Assembly: GCA_043753735.1 (NCBI GenBank) | Contig: JAYUWD010000207.1 | Span: 1 to 45,007, forward strand | Origin: Gemmatimonadaceae bacterium | Lineage (GTDB): Bacteria > Gemmatimonadota > Gemmatimonadetes > Gemmatimonadales > Gemmatimonadaceae | Direction of reading: 5' to 3' | Length of the DNA: 45,007 nt | Shown here: positions 28,520 to 38,248 of the stretch, one piece after another | Layout of the letters: each line of letters opens with the position of its first letter | How positions within the stretch are numbered: the first letter of the stretch is position 1 | Made by a program: the position numbers and the translations under genes | Notes under the pieces: generated by a model | The model's database searches: none | Told to the model about the DNA's origin: nothing | What the model saw: only the letters and a program-made list of their open reading frames with translations

Positions 28520-30079
28520 ATGAGCCACGCCGCATTGTACCAGCCGAGTAGCGCCTCTCGCGTCCGTCCCGACGTCGGGCAGGCAGCAGCGGGAAGCATG
28601 CGTCCATCCCGGTTGCGCGATCGACAAATCCACATTGCGCCGGTAAATGATCGTGTCGCCCACTCGGCGATCAAGCGTATTTTGATCGTCACGGACGATC
28701 AGGAAACACTTGGTACGCTGCGGCAAGCGCTGGAGGCTTCAGGGCGCGAAGTGCTGCATGCATCCCGCATGGCTGGGCTGATCCAACAGCTGGCCCGCGC
28801 CGAGGTGGATTTCGTGATCGCCGATCACCAGCTCCCTGACGGGGACGGACTCGATCTGCTCGACGCGCTGCAGCGCGAATTTCCGTCTACACTGACGGCG
28901 CTGCTCACCAATCCCGATTTGCCGAATTCACCGCGACAGGCATTTGGCCATGGCGCATTCGACTATCTCGCGAAGCCTGTTCGCACCGACGACGCGTTGG
29001 CGTTTCTGCGCCGCGCCGATTCAACTCGGACCCTTCGCCTCGCGGCACCAGAACAGGTTCAAGACGTAACTTCAGATTTCCACGGGATGCTTGGCACCAC
29101 GACGGTGATGCAGGAATGCTTCCGCATGATTTCCCGCGTGGGGCGCACCGATGTCACTACGCTGGTGACGGGTGAAAGCGGCACCGGCAAGGAATTGGTG
29201 GCGCGCGCGCTGCACGAAGAGAGCAGCCGTCGTCATCGTCCCTTCATTGCCCTCAACTGCTCCGCGTTGCCGTCCGAGTTGGTCGAGAGTGAGCTGTTCG
29301 GTCACACGCGTGGATCGTTCACCGGCGCGGTGAAGGATCACGCCGGACTTTTCGAGTCAGCAAATGGCGGCACACTCTTTCTCGACGAGATCGGCGACTT
29401 GGGGCCGCTCGCGCAGGCAAAGGTGTTGCGCGCGCTGGAAAGCGGTGAGGTGATGCGTGTCGGCGGTACGAAGTGTACCCACGTGGACGTGCGTGTGATC
29501 GCTGCGACCAATCGCCCACTCGATGAGATGGTCGCCCAGGGCAAGTTCCGCGAGGATCTGCTCTATCGTTTGAAGGTCATTCCAATCGCGTTGTCGCCGC
29601 TTCGCGAACGCAAAGCCGACATAACGTTGCTCACCACGCATTTTCTTCAGCTCTTCGCCAAGCGTTACGGAATGCCCATGCGCCAGCTCGATGATGACGC
29701 GCAAGCGCTAGTGATGGCGTACGACTGGCCGGGTAACGTTCGCGAGCTGCGCAATGTTATTGAGGGGGCGCTCATCATGGCCGATGGCCCGTCGATTTCG
29801 GCGTCCGATCTGCCCGCCAGTCTCTCCGCTCGTCCAGCTTCGACGCTGATTCCGGTGGCGATGTTGCAGCAGTCTGCAGATCTCCCATTTGTTGAAGCAC
29901 GGGAACGTGCACTTCGTGAATTCGATCGGTTGTTCCTGAGCGCGGCGCTGGCGCGAAATGGCGGCAACATCGCCAGAACCGCACGCGCACTTGGCTTGCA
30001 TCGTCAGTCATTGCAGAAACTTCTCGCGCGCCGCGACTTGCGGCAGTCGGGAGAACTGCGCCGCGATTCCGTCGACTGA
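28520..30079 (+). CDS. NtrC-family sigma54-dependent response regulator
   Basis: Receiver + AAA+ (GESGTGKE, ESELFGHTRGSFTGA, LFLDEIG, FREDLLYRL, WPGNVREL) + Fis HTH. Start uncertain (28520 or later). Confidence 0.95.
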   Translation: MSHAALYQPSSASRVRPDVGQAAAGSMRPSRLRDRQIHIAPVNDRVAHSAIKRILIVTDDQETLGTLRQALEASGREVLHASRMAGLIQQLARAEVDFVIADHQLPDGDGLDLLDALQREFPSTLTALLTNPDLPNSPRQAFGHGAFDYLAKPVRTDDALAFLRRADSTRTLRLAAPEQVQDVTSDFHGMLGTTTVMQECFRMISRVGRTDVTTLVTGESGTGKELVARALHEESSRRHRPFIALNCSALPSELVESELFGHTRGSFTGAVKDHAGLFESANGGTLFLDEIGDLGPLAQAKVLRALESGEVMRVGGTKCTHVDVRVIAATNRPLDEMVAQGKFREDLLYRLKVIPIALSPLRERKADITLLTTHFLQLFAKRYGMPMRQLDDDAQALVMAYDWPGNVRELRNVIEGALIMADGPSISASDLPASLSARPASTLIPVAMLQQSADLPFVEARERALREFDRLFLSAALARNGGNIARTARALGLHRQSLQKLLARRDLRQSGELRRDSVD

Positions 30080-30162
30080 TCGAAGGCTTGCGTTTGTTGG
30101 TTGGGAAGTGTCTGTAGTGTCGTCCACCGCATTTCATTGGTACGTTCCGCCGCGATTCGAAA

Positions 30163-30193
30163 GCTGACGGAAGCCTGCAAACTTTCCGTCAGC
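30163..30193. repeat. Perfect 10-bp inverted repeat (terminator or operator)
   Basis: GCTGACGGAA-N11-TTCCGTCAGC between the NtrC-like gene and arsR. Confidence 0.55.
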
Positions 30194-30259
30194 CAATTGT
30201 GCGGTGACGTTCGTTACGCGAGAGGAACTGCGTATGGGAAAAGTTATCGGAGGGGTCAA

Positions 30260-30574
30260 ATGACGACTGAAGTACTCGGCATGGTTGCCGAACGTTTTAA
30301 GGCGCTGTCGGAACCGGCACGCCTCCAGCTTTTGCACGCCATGCAGACGCGTGAGCTTTCCGTCAACGAGCTCGTTGAAGAAACCAGGCTCGGCCAGGCA
30401 AATGTGTCCAAGCACTTGCAAGTCTTGCACGGACTCGGCTTCGTCAAGCGACGGAAGAAAGGACTATTTGTTTTTTACGCCCTCTCGGATCACAGCGTAC
30501 TCAAGCTATGTGATCTGATGTGTGGCCGAATCGAGGCGCAGTTCGAGGCACAGAAGCGACTGCTGAGTGCTTGA
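30260..30574 (+). CDS. ArsR/SmtB-family transcriptional regulator
   Basis: FKALSEPARLQLL, ELSVNEL, QANVSKHL..L...GFV.RRK.G..VFY; GGAGGGG RBS. Confidence 0.9.
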   Translation: MTTEVLGMVAERFKALSEPARLQLLHAMQTRELSVNELVEETRLGQANVSKHLQVLHGLGFVKRRKKGLFVFYALSDHSVLKLCDLMCGRIEAQFEAQKRLLSA

Positions 30575-30605
30575 CGCATCGCCTCTACCTTTATGAGGAG
30601 GCGAA

Positions 30606-32003
30606 GTGCAAATCGAATTCAGCGGTGCTGCGCGTGAAGTCACGGGATCCTGCCACATTCTGCGCGTCGGATCGCGCACCGTACTACTCGATTGCGGCAT
30701 GTTTCAAGGCAGCCGTGCGGAAAGCCGCGTAAAAAATGCGAAGCTTCCGTTGCCTATCGACAAGATCGACGGGATCATCCTGTCGCACGCCCACATCGAT
30801 CATGCGGGGCGGCTGCCGCTGCTCGTCAATCGTGGATACAACCGGACCATTTGGGCGACGGCCGCGACGCGCGATCTCTGCGCCGTGATGCTCGCCGACT
30901 CGGCGCATATCCAGGAAAAAGACGCCGAGTTTCTGGAACGGCATGGTCGTGCGCACGCCGATCCGCTGTACACGATGCCCGACGCCACAAAGACGCAGGA
31001 ATGCATGATCGGCGTCCCCTACCACAAATGGTTTGAGGTCACCGATGGTGTGCGCGCGCATTTCACCGATGCTGGACACATACTCGGCTCTGCATCGGTG
31101 GTGATCGAAGCCCGCGAGGGCGGTGATACACGGCGCATTGTGTTCTCCGGGGACATTGGTCGCGCGGGACTACCGATCATTCGTGATCCGGAAGCGCCGA
31201 CTGGCGGAGCCGATGTGATTCTGTGCGAATCGACATATGGCAATCGCGATCACGAATCGGTGGAAGGCGCGCGCGAGCAGCTGGCGCGCATTGTTCGCGA
31301 GACGATAGCGCGTGGGGGACGCATTCTCATTCCGGCATTCGCGGTCGGACGCACGCAGGAGTTGGTGTACGATCTGCACACCCTCGTGCGCGAAGGAAAG
31401 ATCCCGAGCATCCCGGTGATTGTGGACTCACCGCTCGCGATCAACGCGACCGAAGTGTTTCGCATGCATCCGGAAGTGTACGACAATAGCGAAGAGCTGG
31501 TGCGCAACACGCCTAATCTTTTTGAATTTCCCCTCGTCCGCTACACCCGCGAAGTGAACGATTCGAAGGCGTTGAACTCCGCGCTTGGTCCGATCATCAT
31601 CATTGCCGCTTCGGGTATGGCGGAGTCCGGACGCATTCTGCATCACTTGAAGTACGGAGCCGCCGATCCGCGGAATACGATTTTGATCGTCGGCTTTCAG
31701 GCCGAACACACCCTAGGCCGCCGCATTGTGGAGAAGCGCTCGGTCATCAAGGTGTTTGGCGAAGAAGTGGAGCTGAACGCGCAGGTTGAAGTTTTGAATG
31801 GCTACAGTGCACACGGGGATCGCACGGAGCTGCGCCATTGGCTTGACGCCGTGCGGGATGGTGGCTCCCAAGACGGTCGCGCGAAGCCAAAGGTCCATTT
31901 GGTTCATGGTGAGCGTGAAGCGCAGGATGCGTTCGCAACGTCGCTGGCCAGTGCCGGGTATTCTGTCGATGCGCCCGCATCCGGAGAGGTGCGAACGATC
32001 TGA
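30606..32003 (+). CDS. Metallo-beta-lactamase/beta-CASP ribonuclease (Ysh1/TTHA0252-like)
   Basis: GAAREVTGS, DCG, SHAHIDH, AGHILGSA, SGD, ESTYG.R.H, PAFAVGRTQE, SGM..GRI.HHL, YSAHGD, VHGE. Confidence 0.93.
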   Translation: MQIEFSGAAREVTGSCHILRVGSRTVLLDCGMFQGSRAESRVKNAKLPLPIDKIDGIILSHAHIDHAGRLPLLVNRGYNRTIWATAATRDLCAVMLADSAHIQEKDAEFLERHGRAHADPLYTMPDATKTQECMIGVPYHKWFEVTDGVRAHFTDAGHILGSASVVIEAREGGDTRRIVFSGDIGRAGLPIIRDPEAPTGGADVILCESTYGNRDHESVEGAREQLARIVRETIARGGRILIPAFAVGRTQELVYDLHTLVREGKIPSIPVIVDSPLAINATEVFRMHPEVYDNSEELVRNTPNLFEFPLVRYTREVNDSKALNSALGPIIIIAASGMAESGRILHHLKYGAADPRNTILIVGFQAEHTLGRRIVEKRSVIKVFGEEVELNAQVEVLNGYSAHGDRTELRHWLDAVRDGGSQDGRAKPKVHLVHGEREAQDAFATSLASAGYSVDAPASGEVRTI

Positions 32004-32089
32004 CTTGGGCATGCGGAGACGCTGATGACGGTGCGTATGCACTCGCGGCAGGCGCGCGCCAAGTGTGTAGACGCTAAGTTTGCGATATC

Positions 32090-32740
32090 ATGTCTCGTCG
32101 AGCTTCGCGCGTCGCGGTACGCGCGCTCGCCATCTTGTTGGCCGGATGGATCCTGGTACTCGCGTCCATCGTCGCCTGGTCGACGCTCGAGTCCGATGGT
32201 CACGCTGACGCCATCGTCGTTCTTGGCGCGGCGCAGTACAGTGGTCGACCGTCGCGCGTGCTCAGCGCGCGCCTGGACCATGCGCTCGAGTTGTGGCAAC
32301 GCGCACGCGCCTCGCGCCTCGTGCTCACGGGGGGACAGCGCGCGGGCGACCTGCTCAGCGAAGCGGCAGCCGGCCGGCGATATGTGATGCGACGCGGTGT
32401 GCCCGCGCAGGCCATTCTACTGGAAGCGCACGGACGGACATCGTTGGCCTCCATGCATGGCGCGTCGGTGCTGTTGCACACACAGCGCGAGTTGATGTCG
32501 ACGCGACCAACCGTGCTGTTGGTGAGCGATCCTTTTCACATGCTTCGCCTCGATCTGCTCGCGCGATTGCATGGACTCGTCCCGATGCCATCGCCAACGC
32601 GCACAAGTCCGATTTCAGCGAATATGCCAGTGGCCATCGAATACATCCTGCGGGAATCGTTCGCTCTGCCGGCCGATATCGCGCTCTTGCTCTGGTTGCA
32701 TATCACCGGACACAGCGAGTCACCCAACGCCGACGGATGA
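32090..32740 (+). CDS. YdcF/ElyC-like (DUF218) protein
   Basis: N-terminal TM, DAIVVLGAA, LTGG...SEA, LVSDPFHMLR, RE. Confidence 0.88.
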   Translation: MSRRASRVAVRALAILLAGWILVLASIVAWSTLESDGHADAIVVLGAAQYSGRPSRVLSARLDHALELWQRARASRLVLTGGQRAGDLLSEAAAGRRYVMRRGVPAQAILLEAHGRTSLASMHGASVLLHTQRELMSTRPTVLLVSDPFHMLRLDLLARLHGLVPMPSPTRTSPISANMPVAIEYILRESFALPADIALLLWLHITGHSESPNADG

Positions 32741-32769
32741 TTCCGCGTCGGTGCATAGATCAATCGCGA

Positions 32770-34602
32770 CTACTTCTCTCTTGCGGCTCCCGCCTTGACC
32801 AGTCGCGGCTTGCTGTTCCCGGGGCTCACTTCATACAGCGGCCCATCCAACATGTCGTTCACGAGTGGGATCTGCACGGTTGGTCCGGCGCGCAATGAAC
32901 CCGCGAGACGAAACGGATCCGCGTTGGCGATGGCGATGGTGTACCCCAAATCGGCGAGCGATGCTGCCGTCACGCGACTGAGAGGCATGCCGCCGGTCAC
33001 GGCGTAACCCTGCATCAGCTCACGACCGAAAACCGAATTGCGCCAGTGAGCGTCGCGCGTGCCAGCGCCACCCTGATTCTCGACCGGCACGACGCTGCCT
33101 GAAAAGATGGTGCCGCCGATGGCTGGGAATTCCACACGCGCGCGGTCGCCAATGAAAAATGGATCGCTGGTACCGGCGCCGGTGAGAAGCGTACGACGAT
33201 AACTCCATAGTGTGCCGATACCGAGTACGTGCCCCATTTCGTGCAGGACGACGTCATCGATGGTGCCGCTGGTGAGGAGCCCCGGCACGTCGGCCTCGTC
33301 GAACTCCATCACGCCAACGATGGTAAGGCGCGAGGCCGTGTTGACGTAGCATGGACCGGCCTGTGCCAAAATTTTCCCCGCGCCATCGATGGGTCCGATG
33401 CGCGCGAAGACGACAAGGTCGCTGACGATCTCGTTCATGGCCGGGGTCCAGTCGGCGCAGGCGCTGTCAGGCGCCGTAACGCGCACGTCATGCACATGTC
33501 CAACGATGATGGTACGCCACTTGGCCGCCGCCTTCGTGAACGCCTCACGCTGACGCTGCGTACCACCAGTGCCGATGAAGCGGATATCGATATTGAACGC
33601 CGACGACGTGGCGGTCGCGGCAAACGCGACGGACTTGCCCGGAACAAGCGAACTGGTCGCGACCAGCGTCTGCGCTGTCCCACTTCCGAGCGTCCAGCTG
33701 CTGACAAAGGCGACGCCGGTGGCCGGATCCGTCTGCGACGTGCCGCCGGTGACCGTGCCGGAGTTGAGACCCGGCGTGAATGTCACGGGCACATTGCCGA
33801 CCGGATTGTTGTACTGGTCGACGACGCGCACGCCCGGGGGCATGTTGATCGATGCACCGGTGACTCCCTGCTGGTTATCCCCACCCGCTTTGACAAGATC
33901 GGCCGGTGCTGCTGGTAATGCGGTGGCTGAGAACGCTGCCTGCAACGAGCCTGTGACCGTTGCGCGGGCAAACTGTTGACCGGAGCTGATACCTAATTTC
34001 CAGGAAGTCGCCGTGGCGACGCCCTGTGTGTTGGTGGTTTGCTGCGCGCCGTCGATCGTGCCGCCGTCCGAGGTGCTGAAAGTGACGGGTACGTTGGGGA
34101 TCGGATTGGCGTAGCTGTCTTCGACACGCGCCGACGGCGCCACGGAAACTGGGCTGTTCACGACAGCCTGTTGGGCGTCGGCGCTGAGGCGAACGACTCG
34201 CGCCACGGGCCCCGGCGCGGCGTCGACGGTAAAGGTGACCGGCGCGCTAATCCCTTCGGCTGTGGCCTGGAGCGTTTGAACTCCGGCCGTCGTGCCGAGC
34301 GTCCATCCGCCGGAGGTGGCGTCGCCAAAGTTGGTGGTTCGAATGGAATCGTTGACCACTTTGCCGCTACCCGCCGTCACACGCCAGCGCACCAGAACGT
34401 TTTTCATCGAGTTGCCTTTGCCGTCGAGCACTTTGACGGTAGGAACCGTGCCGACGATCGTCGCAACGGTGGCCGTCGAGGACTGACTCGTCGTCGCAGC
34501 GGCGGTAGTCGGAACCGGAGGGTCCCCAGTGCAGGCCGAAAGCACAAGCACACCGACGGCGAACGCACGAAGACCGGAGCGGCGAACAGAAGTGTTGGAC
34601 AT
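32770..34602 (-). CDS. Lipoprotein with three Ig-like repeats and leishmanolysin-like (M8-type) metallopeptidase
   Basis: LSAC lipobox; three V.V.D..GNP..NV.V.F-type repeats; HEMGHVLG...GGAGTRDAHW...ELM...LSRVT...LADLGY. Confidence 0.85.
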   Translation of the reverse strand: MSNTSVRRSGLRAFAVGVLVLSACTGDPPVPTTAAATTSQSSTATVATIVGTVPTVKVLDGKGNSMKNVLVRWRVTAGSGKVVNDSIRTTNFGDATSGGWTLGTTAGVQTLQATAEGISAPVTFTVDAAPGPVARVVRLSADAQQAVVNSPVSVAPSARVEDSYANPIPNVPVTFSTSDGGTIDGAQQTTNTQGVATATSWKLGISSGQQFARATVTGSLQAAFSATALPAAPADLVKAGGDNQQGVTGASINMPPGVRVVDQYNNPVGNVPVTFTPGLNSGTVTGGTSQTDPATGVAFVSSWTLGSGTAQTLVATSSLVPGKSVAFAATATSSAFNIDIRFIGTGGTQRQREAFTKAAAKWRTIIVGHVHDVRVTAPDSACADWTPAMNEIVSDLVVFARIGPIDGAGKILAQAGPCYVNTASRLTIVGVMEFDEADVPGLLTSGTIDDVVLHEMGHVLGIGTLWSYRRTLLTGAGTSDPFFIGDRARVEFPAIGGTIFSGSVVPVENQGGAGTRDAHWRNSVFGRELMQGYAVTGGMPLSRVTAASLADLGYTIAIANADPFRLAGSLRAGPTVQIPLVNDMLDGPLYEVSPGNSKPRLVKAGAAREK

Positions 34603-34740
34603 GACCGGAGCGTCAGAGGGATTGGTGCGGACTTCGAGTGGCGCGATCTTCGCCGCTGCGGAGCGGTGCAGACAAGAACGGAAGGGCGGGATTTCGCCAC
34701 GGGGTTACGGCGTTCGTGACACCCCTACCAATATTGGGAC

Positions 34741-36075
34741 ATGCGCATTCCTGTTGAGAGTTACCGCCTCCCGAACGGCCTGCACGTGGTGCTCTCAGAG
34801 GATCACACAGCGCCGATCGTCGCGGTCAATCTGTGGTACCATGTTGGCTCTGCAAACGAGCGGCTTGACCGCACGGGCTTTGCCCATCTGTTCGAACATA
34901 TGCTCTTCCAGGGCTCGGCAAACGTTGCGGCCAACGAACACTTCGAGCTTGTGCAGCGGGCCGGGGGCACGCTGAACGGTTCCACCTGGCTCGACCGAAC
35001 AAACTATTACGAGACGGTACCGTCCAGCCAGCTCGCGATCGCACTCTGGCTCGAAGCGGATCGCATGGGGCGGATGCTGCCAGCGTTGACGCAGGTGAAG
35101 CTCGATACGCAACGTGATGTAGTGAAGAACGAGCGGCGTTGGTCGGTGGATAACCAACCGTATGGCACTTGGTGGGAACGGTTGCCGGCGTTGTGCTTCC
35201 CTGAAGGACATCCGTTCCATCATTCGCTGATCGGGTCGATGGAACATCTGTCCGACGCCTCACTCGACGACGTCGCCGATTTCTTCCGGACGTTCTACAC
35301 CCCCGATAACGCAGTGCTCACGATTGCCGGTGATTTTGAGCACAGTGATACGGTGCGACTGGTGTCGGAATATTTTGGCGGAATTGCCCGCGGCGGCGAT
35401 CGTCCGCCACTGCGAGATATGTCGGTAACACCAGTTTTCGGGACCACCCTACGGCAAGTGGTCGAAGATGCGGTGGCGTTGCCACGATTGCTCGTGGCTT
35501 GCCGCACTCCAGTTTTTGGTACCGATGGCTACTACGCGGCGAGTCTTGCCGCAGCGGTACTCGGTCTGCGCACGGGAAGCCGTCTCGAACAGTCGCTGGT
35601 GCGTGGACAGCGTGTGGCGTCGAATGCGACCGCGTTCACCTACGACCTCGCGAAAGGCAGCGACCTGCTGGTGGTTGACGTAACCGCGCACCCCGATGTG
35701 ACGACAGACACGCTCGAACGCGCGGTGCTTGCCGAATTCGATCGCATTCACAGCTTCGGTGTGACCGAAGCGGAAGTTGCGCGCGCGCGTGCGCTCATCG
35801 AAACGAGTTTTGTCACGAGTCTGCAATCCGCAGCCGAGCGCGCGGATCAGCTGTCGCGATTTGCGACGTACTTCGGTGATGCGACGTTGGCCAATGAACA
35901 GGTGTCGCGCTATCAGGCGACGACTGCGGCGGATGTGAGTGCGCTCGCTCGCGACCGACTCGGCCCCAACAATCGCGCGCTGCTGTTGTTTGTACCTGCT
36001 CCGGCGTCGAGCGACGCGGAAAGTGGCACCGCCGGGGCATCGAACGACGATGCGATGCTCGAGGTGGGCGCATGA
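34741..36075 (+). CDS. M16 family zinc peptidase, catalytic subunit
   Basis: LPNGL, VGSANE, TGFAHLFEHM (HxxEH), NGST..DRTNY, VKNERR. Confidence 0.93.
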   Translation: MRIPVESYRLPNGLHVVLSEDHTAPIVAVNLWYHVGSANERLDRTGFAHLFEHMLFQGSANVAANEHFELVQRAGGTLNGSTWLDRTNYYETVPSSQLAIALWLEADRMGRMLPALTQVKLDTQRDVVKNERRWSVDNQPYGTWWERLPALCFPEGHPFHHSLIGSMEHLSDASLDDVADFFRTFYTPDNAVLTIAGDFEHSDTVRLVSEYFGGIARGGDRPPLRDMSVTPVFGTTLRQVVEDAVALPRLLVACRTPVFGTDGYYAASLAAAVLGLRTGSRLEQSLVRGQRVASNATAFTYDLAKGSDLLVVDVTAHPDVTTDTLERAVLAEFDRIHSFGVTEAEVARARALIETSFVTSLQSAAERADQLSRFATYFGDATLANEQVSRYQATTAADVSALARDRLGPNNRALLLFVPAPASSDAESGTAGASNDDAMLEVGA

Positions 36076-37541
36076 GTGCCGACACGAGTGAAGCAATGCG
36101 CAACGCCGCGCCGCCGCGACCCACGGCTGCGCCCCCTCGTCCGTATCATTTCCCGCTGTTCGAGACGCGCATTCTCGCCAACGGGTTGCGTGTGATCGTG
36201 TCGCCGGTGTCGGCGTATCCGGTGGTGACGATTCTCGCAGTGGTCGAAGCCGGAGCGACGCGCGATCCACGCGAAGCGGAAGGGCTCGCACAGATGACGA
36301 CGCGCGCGCTGGCTGAGGGCACGCGGAACATGAACGCACTCGAGTTGGCCGAACGGCTCGAGACATTGGGTACGACACTCGACACCGGTGCCGATTGGGA
36401 TTCCGCGATCGTGCAACTCACGTCGCTGGCATCGCGTGTCGAAGATGCGATTGCCGTGCTGGCGGAAGTGTTGCGCTTCCCGGCATTCCCCGACGATGAA
36501 CTCGATCGGTTGCGCGCCGAACGTCTGGCCGATCTCGCGCAACTGCGCGCAGAACCGCGGGGTCTCGCCGATGTGTTCTTTTCGCGTTTGTTGTACGTGT
36601 CCGACTCCCGCTTTGCGAGGCTCGCGGGGGGCGACGAGCAGAGTATCGGGCAGACCACCCGCGAACGCATTCAGTCGTATCACAGCGAGTACTATCGTCC
36701 GAACTCGACCGCACTGATGGTGGTGGGTGATATCTCGGTCGACGACGCCGTGCGTCATGCGACAAAGTATTTTGGCGAATGGACAGGGAGCGCGCCCAAT
36801 GTCACAGAGCCGCTCGACGTTGCGCGTTATCAGGAGCCGCGGGTGCATATCATCGACAAGTCGGATGCGCCGCAGTCGGAGTTGCGCGTTGGGCATGTCG
36901 CCGTGCCGCGTTTGCATGAGGACTATTTTCCTCTTGTCGTGATGAACGCAATTCTGGGTGGACTTTTTTCGTCACGACTGAATCTCAATCTTCGCGAGGT
37001 GCACGCGTACACGTACGGCGCACACTCCGCATTCGATTGGCGTCGCGCCGCGAGTCCGTTCGAGATTTCAACGGCGGTGGAGACCGCAGTCACTGCGGAT
37101 GCCCTGACGGAGATTCAGGTCGAGTTCACGCGCATTCGCGAAGCACCGGTAACGGACGCCGAGCTATCGCTCGCAACCGACTATCTGGTGGGCGTCTTTC
37201 CGATTCGATTCGAGACAACCGCAGAAGTGGCAGGCGGACTCGCGAACGTGGAAATCTTCCGTCTGCCGACCAATTATTTCGACAACTATCGGGACCGTGT
37301 ACGCGCGGTGACAGCGGCCGATGTCCTGCGCGTCGCGCAGCATCATCTCGACCCGAGTCGGTTGCAGGTGGTCGTTGTCGGAGATGCTTCGGTCATTCGG
37401 GATCCGCTCGCTGCGCTCGGACTTGGCCCAGTCACCGTGTACGATCCCGCGGACGCCGATGCGCCAACGGGCGGCATGCCGCATGTCGATGCGCCAATCG
37501 TTGTTCTGACACAAACGTCGGCTTCCATTTCTGTTTCCTGA
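36072..37541 (+). CDS. M16 family peptidase, non-catalytic subunit
   Basis: M16 fold motifs but HxxEH replaced by QMTTR; ILGG.FSSRL..NLRE...YTY (R/Y pair); ATGA overlap. Confidence 0.9.
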   Translation: MSADTSEAMRNAAPPRPTAAPPRPYHFPLFETRILANGLRVIVSPVSAYPVVTILAVVEAGATRDPREAEGLAQMTTRALAEGTRNMNALELAERLETLGTTLDTGADWDSAIVQLTSLASRVEDAIAVLAEVLRFPAFPDDELDRLRAERLADLAQLRAEPRGLADVFFSRLLYVSDSRFARLAGGDEQSIGQTTRERIQSYHSEYYRPNSTALMVVGDISVDDAVRHATKYFGEWTGSAPNVTEPLDVARYQEPRVHIIDKSDAPQSELRVGHVAVPRLHEDYFPLVVMNAILGGLFSSRLNLNLREVHAYTYGAHSAFDWRRAASPFEISTAVETAVTADALTEIQVEFTRIREAPVTDAELSLATDYLVGVFPIRFETTAEVAGGLANVEIFRLPTNYFDNYRDRVRAVTAADVLRVAQHHLDPSRLQVVVVGDASVIRDPLAALGLGPVTVYDPADADAPTGGMPHVDAPIVVLTQTSASISVS

Positions 37542-37555
37542 CTCTCTCCCGTCCC

Positions 37556-38248
37556 GTGCCGCAGCCCAAGTCGCCCAAGTCGCCGTTGTACGAAGTCCGT
37601 CGTTCGCGCATCCAGGGACGCGGTGCATTTGCCATCCGCCCGATCCGCAAAGGTCAGGTCGTCGACGAATACATCGGCGAGCCGATCACACATGAAGAGG
37701 CCGACCGTCGCTACGACGACAGCGAAGGACGTCATCACACCTTTCTCTTCATTCTCGACGACGACACCGTGCTCGATGCGCGCAAGCAGGGCAGCGATGC
37801 GCGCTATATCAATCATTCGTGCGATCCGAACTGCGAAACGGAAATCGACGACGGCCACATCTGGATCAAGGCGATCAAGCCGATCAAGGCTGAAACGGAG
37901 CTCGTCTACGACTACCGTTTTGACTGGCAGGACGAGTACGAGCCCGACGACGTACGCTATTACGCCTGCCGCTGCGGGTCGGCCAACTGTCGCGGGACAA
38001 TCCTTCGGGTACCGGTCTATCTGAGGCCGACCGTGCGGAAGTGGCTGGCGGGGGAAGACGTGGCCAAGCCACGCAAGCCGAAAACGGCGGCGGCAAAAAA
38101 AGCTGCTGCCGCGAAAAAAGGCGCGAAAAAGGCCGGAAAAAAAGTGGTGAAGAAAGCGACCAAGGTGGCAAAAAAGACGTCTACCAAGACGACCAGAAAG
38201 GCCCCGACAAAGCGCGTGAAGAAAGCGACGAAGCGGGCCCGAGCGTGA
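37556..38248 (+). CDS. SET-domain lysine methyltransferase with post-SET and histone-H1-like tail
   Basis: IQGRGAFA, EYIGE, ARYINHSCDPNC, ELVYDY, post-SET CRCGSANCRG, then a 60-aa Lys/Ala-rich tail. GTG 37556. Confidence 0.92.
   Translation: MPQPKSPKSPLYEVRRSRIQGRGAFAIRPIRKGQVVDEYIGEPITHEEADRRYDDSEGRHHTFLFILDDDTVLDARKQGSDARYINHSCDPNCETEIDDGHIWIKAIKPIKAETELVYDYRFDWQDEYEPDDVRYYACRCGSANCRGTILRVPVYLRPTVRKWLAGEDVAKPRKPKTAAAKKAAAAKKGAKKAGKKVVKKATKVAKKTSTKTTRKAPTKRVKKATKRARA

Noticed and set aside
37037-37555. N-terminal extension of the SET ORF (403 aa)
   Set aside because: Overlaps the second M16 gene in another frame; SET homology starts after GTG 37556.
38060-38248. Lys/Ala-codon repeats as a CRISPR or DNA tandem repeat
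   Set aside because: No constant repeat-spacer structure; the periodicity is explained by the low-complexity protein tail.
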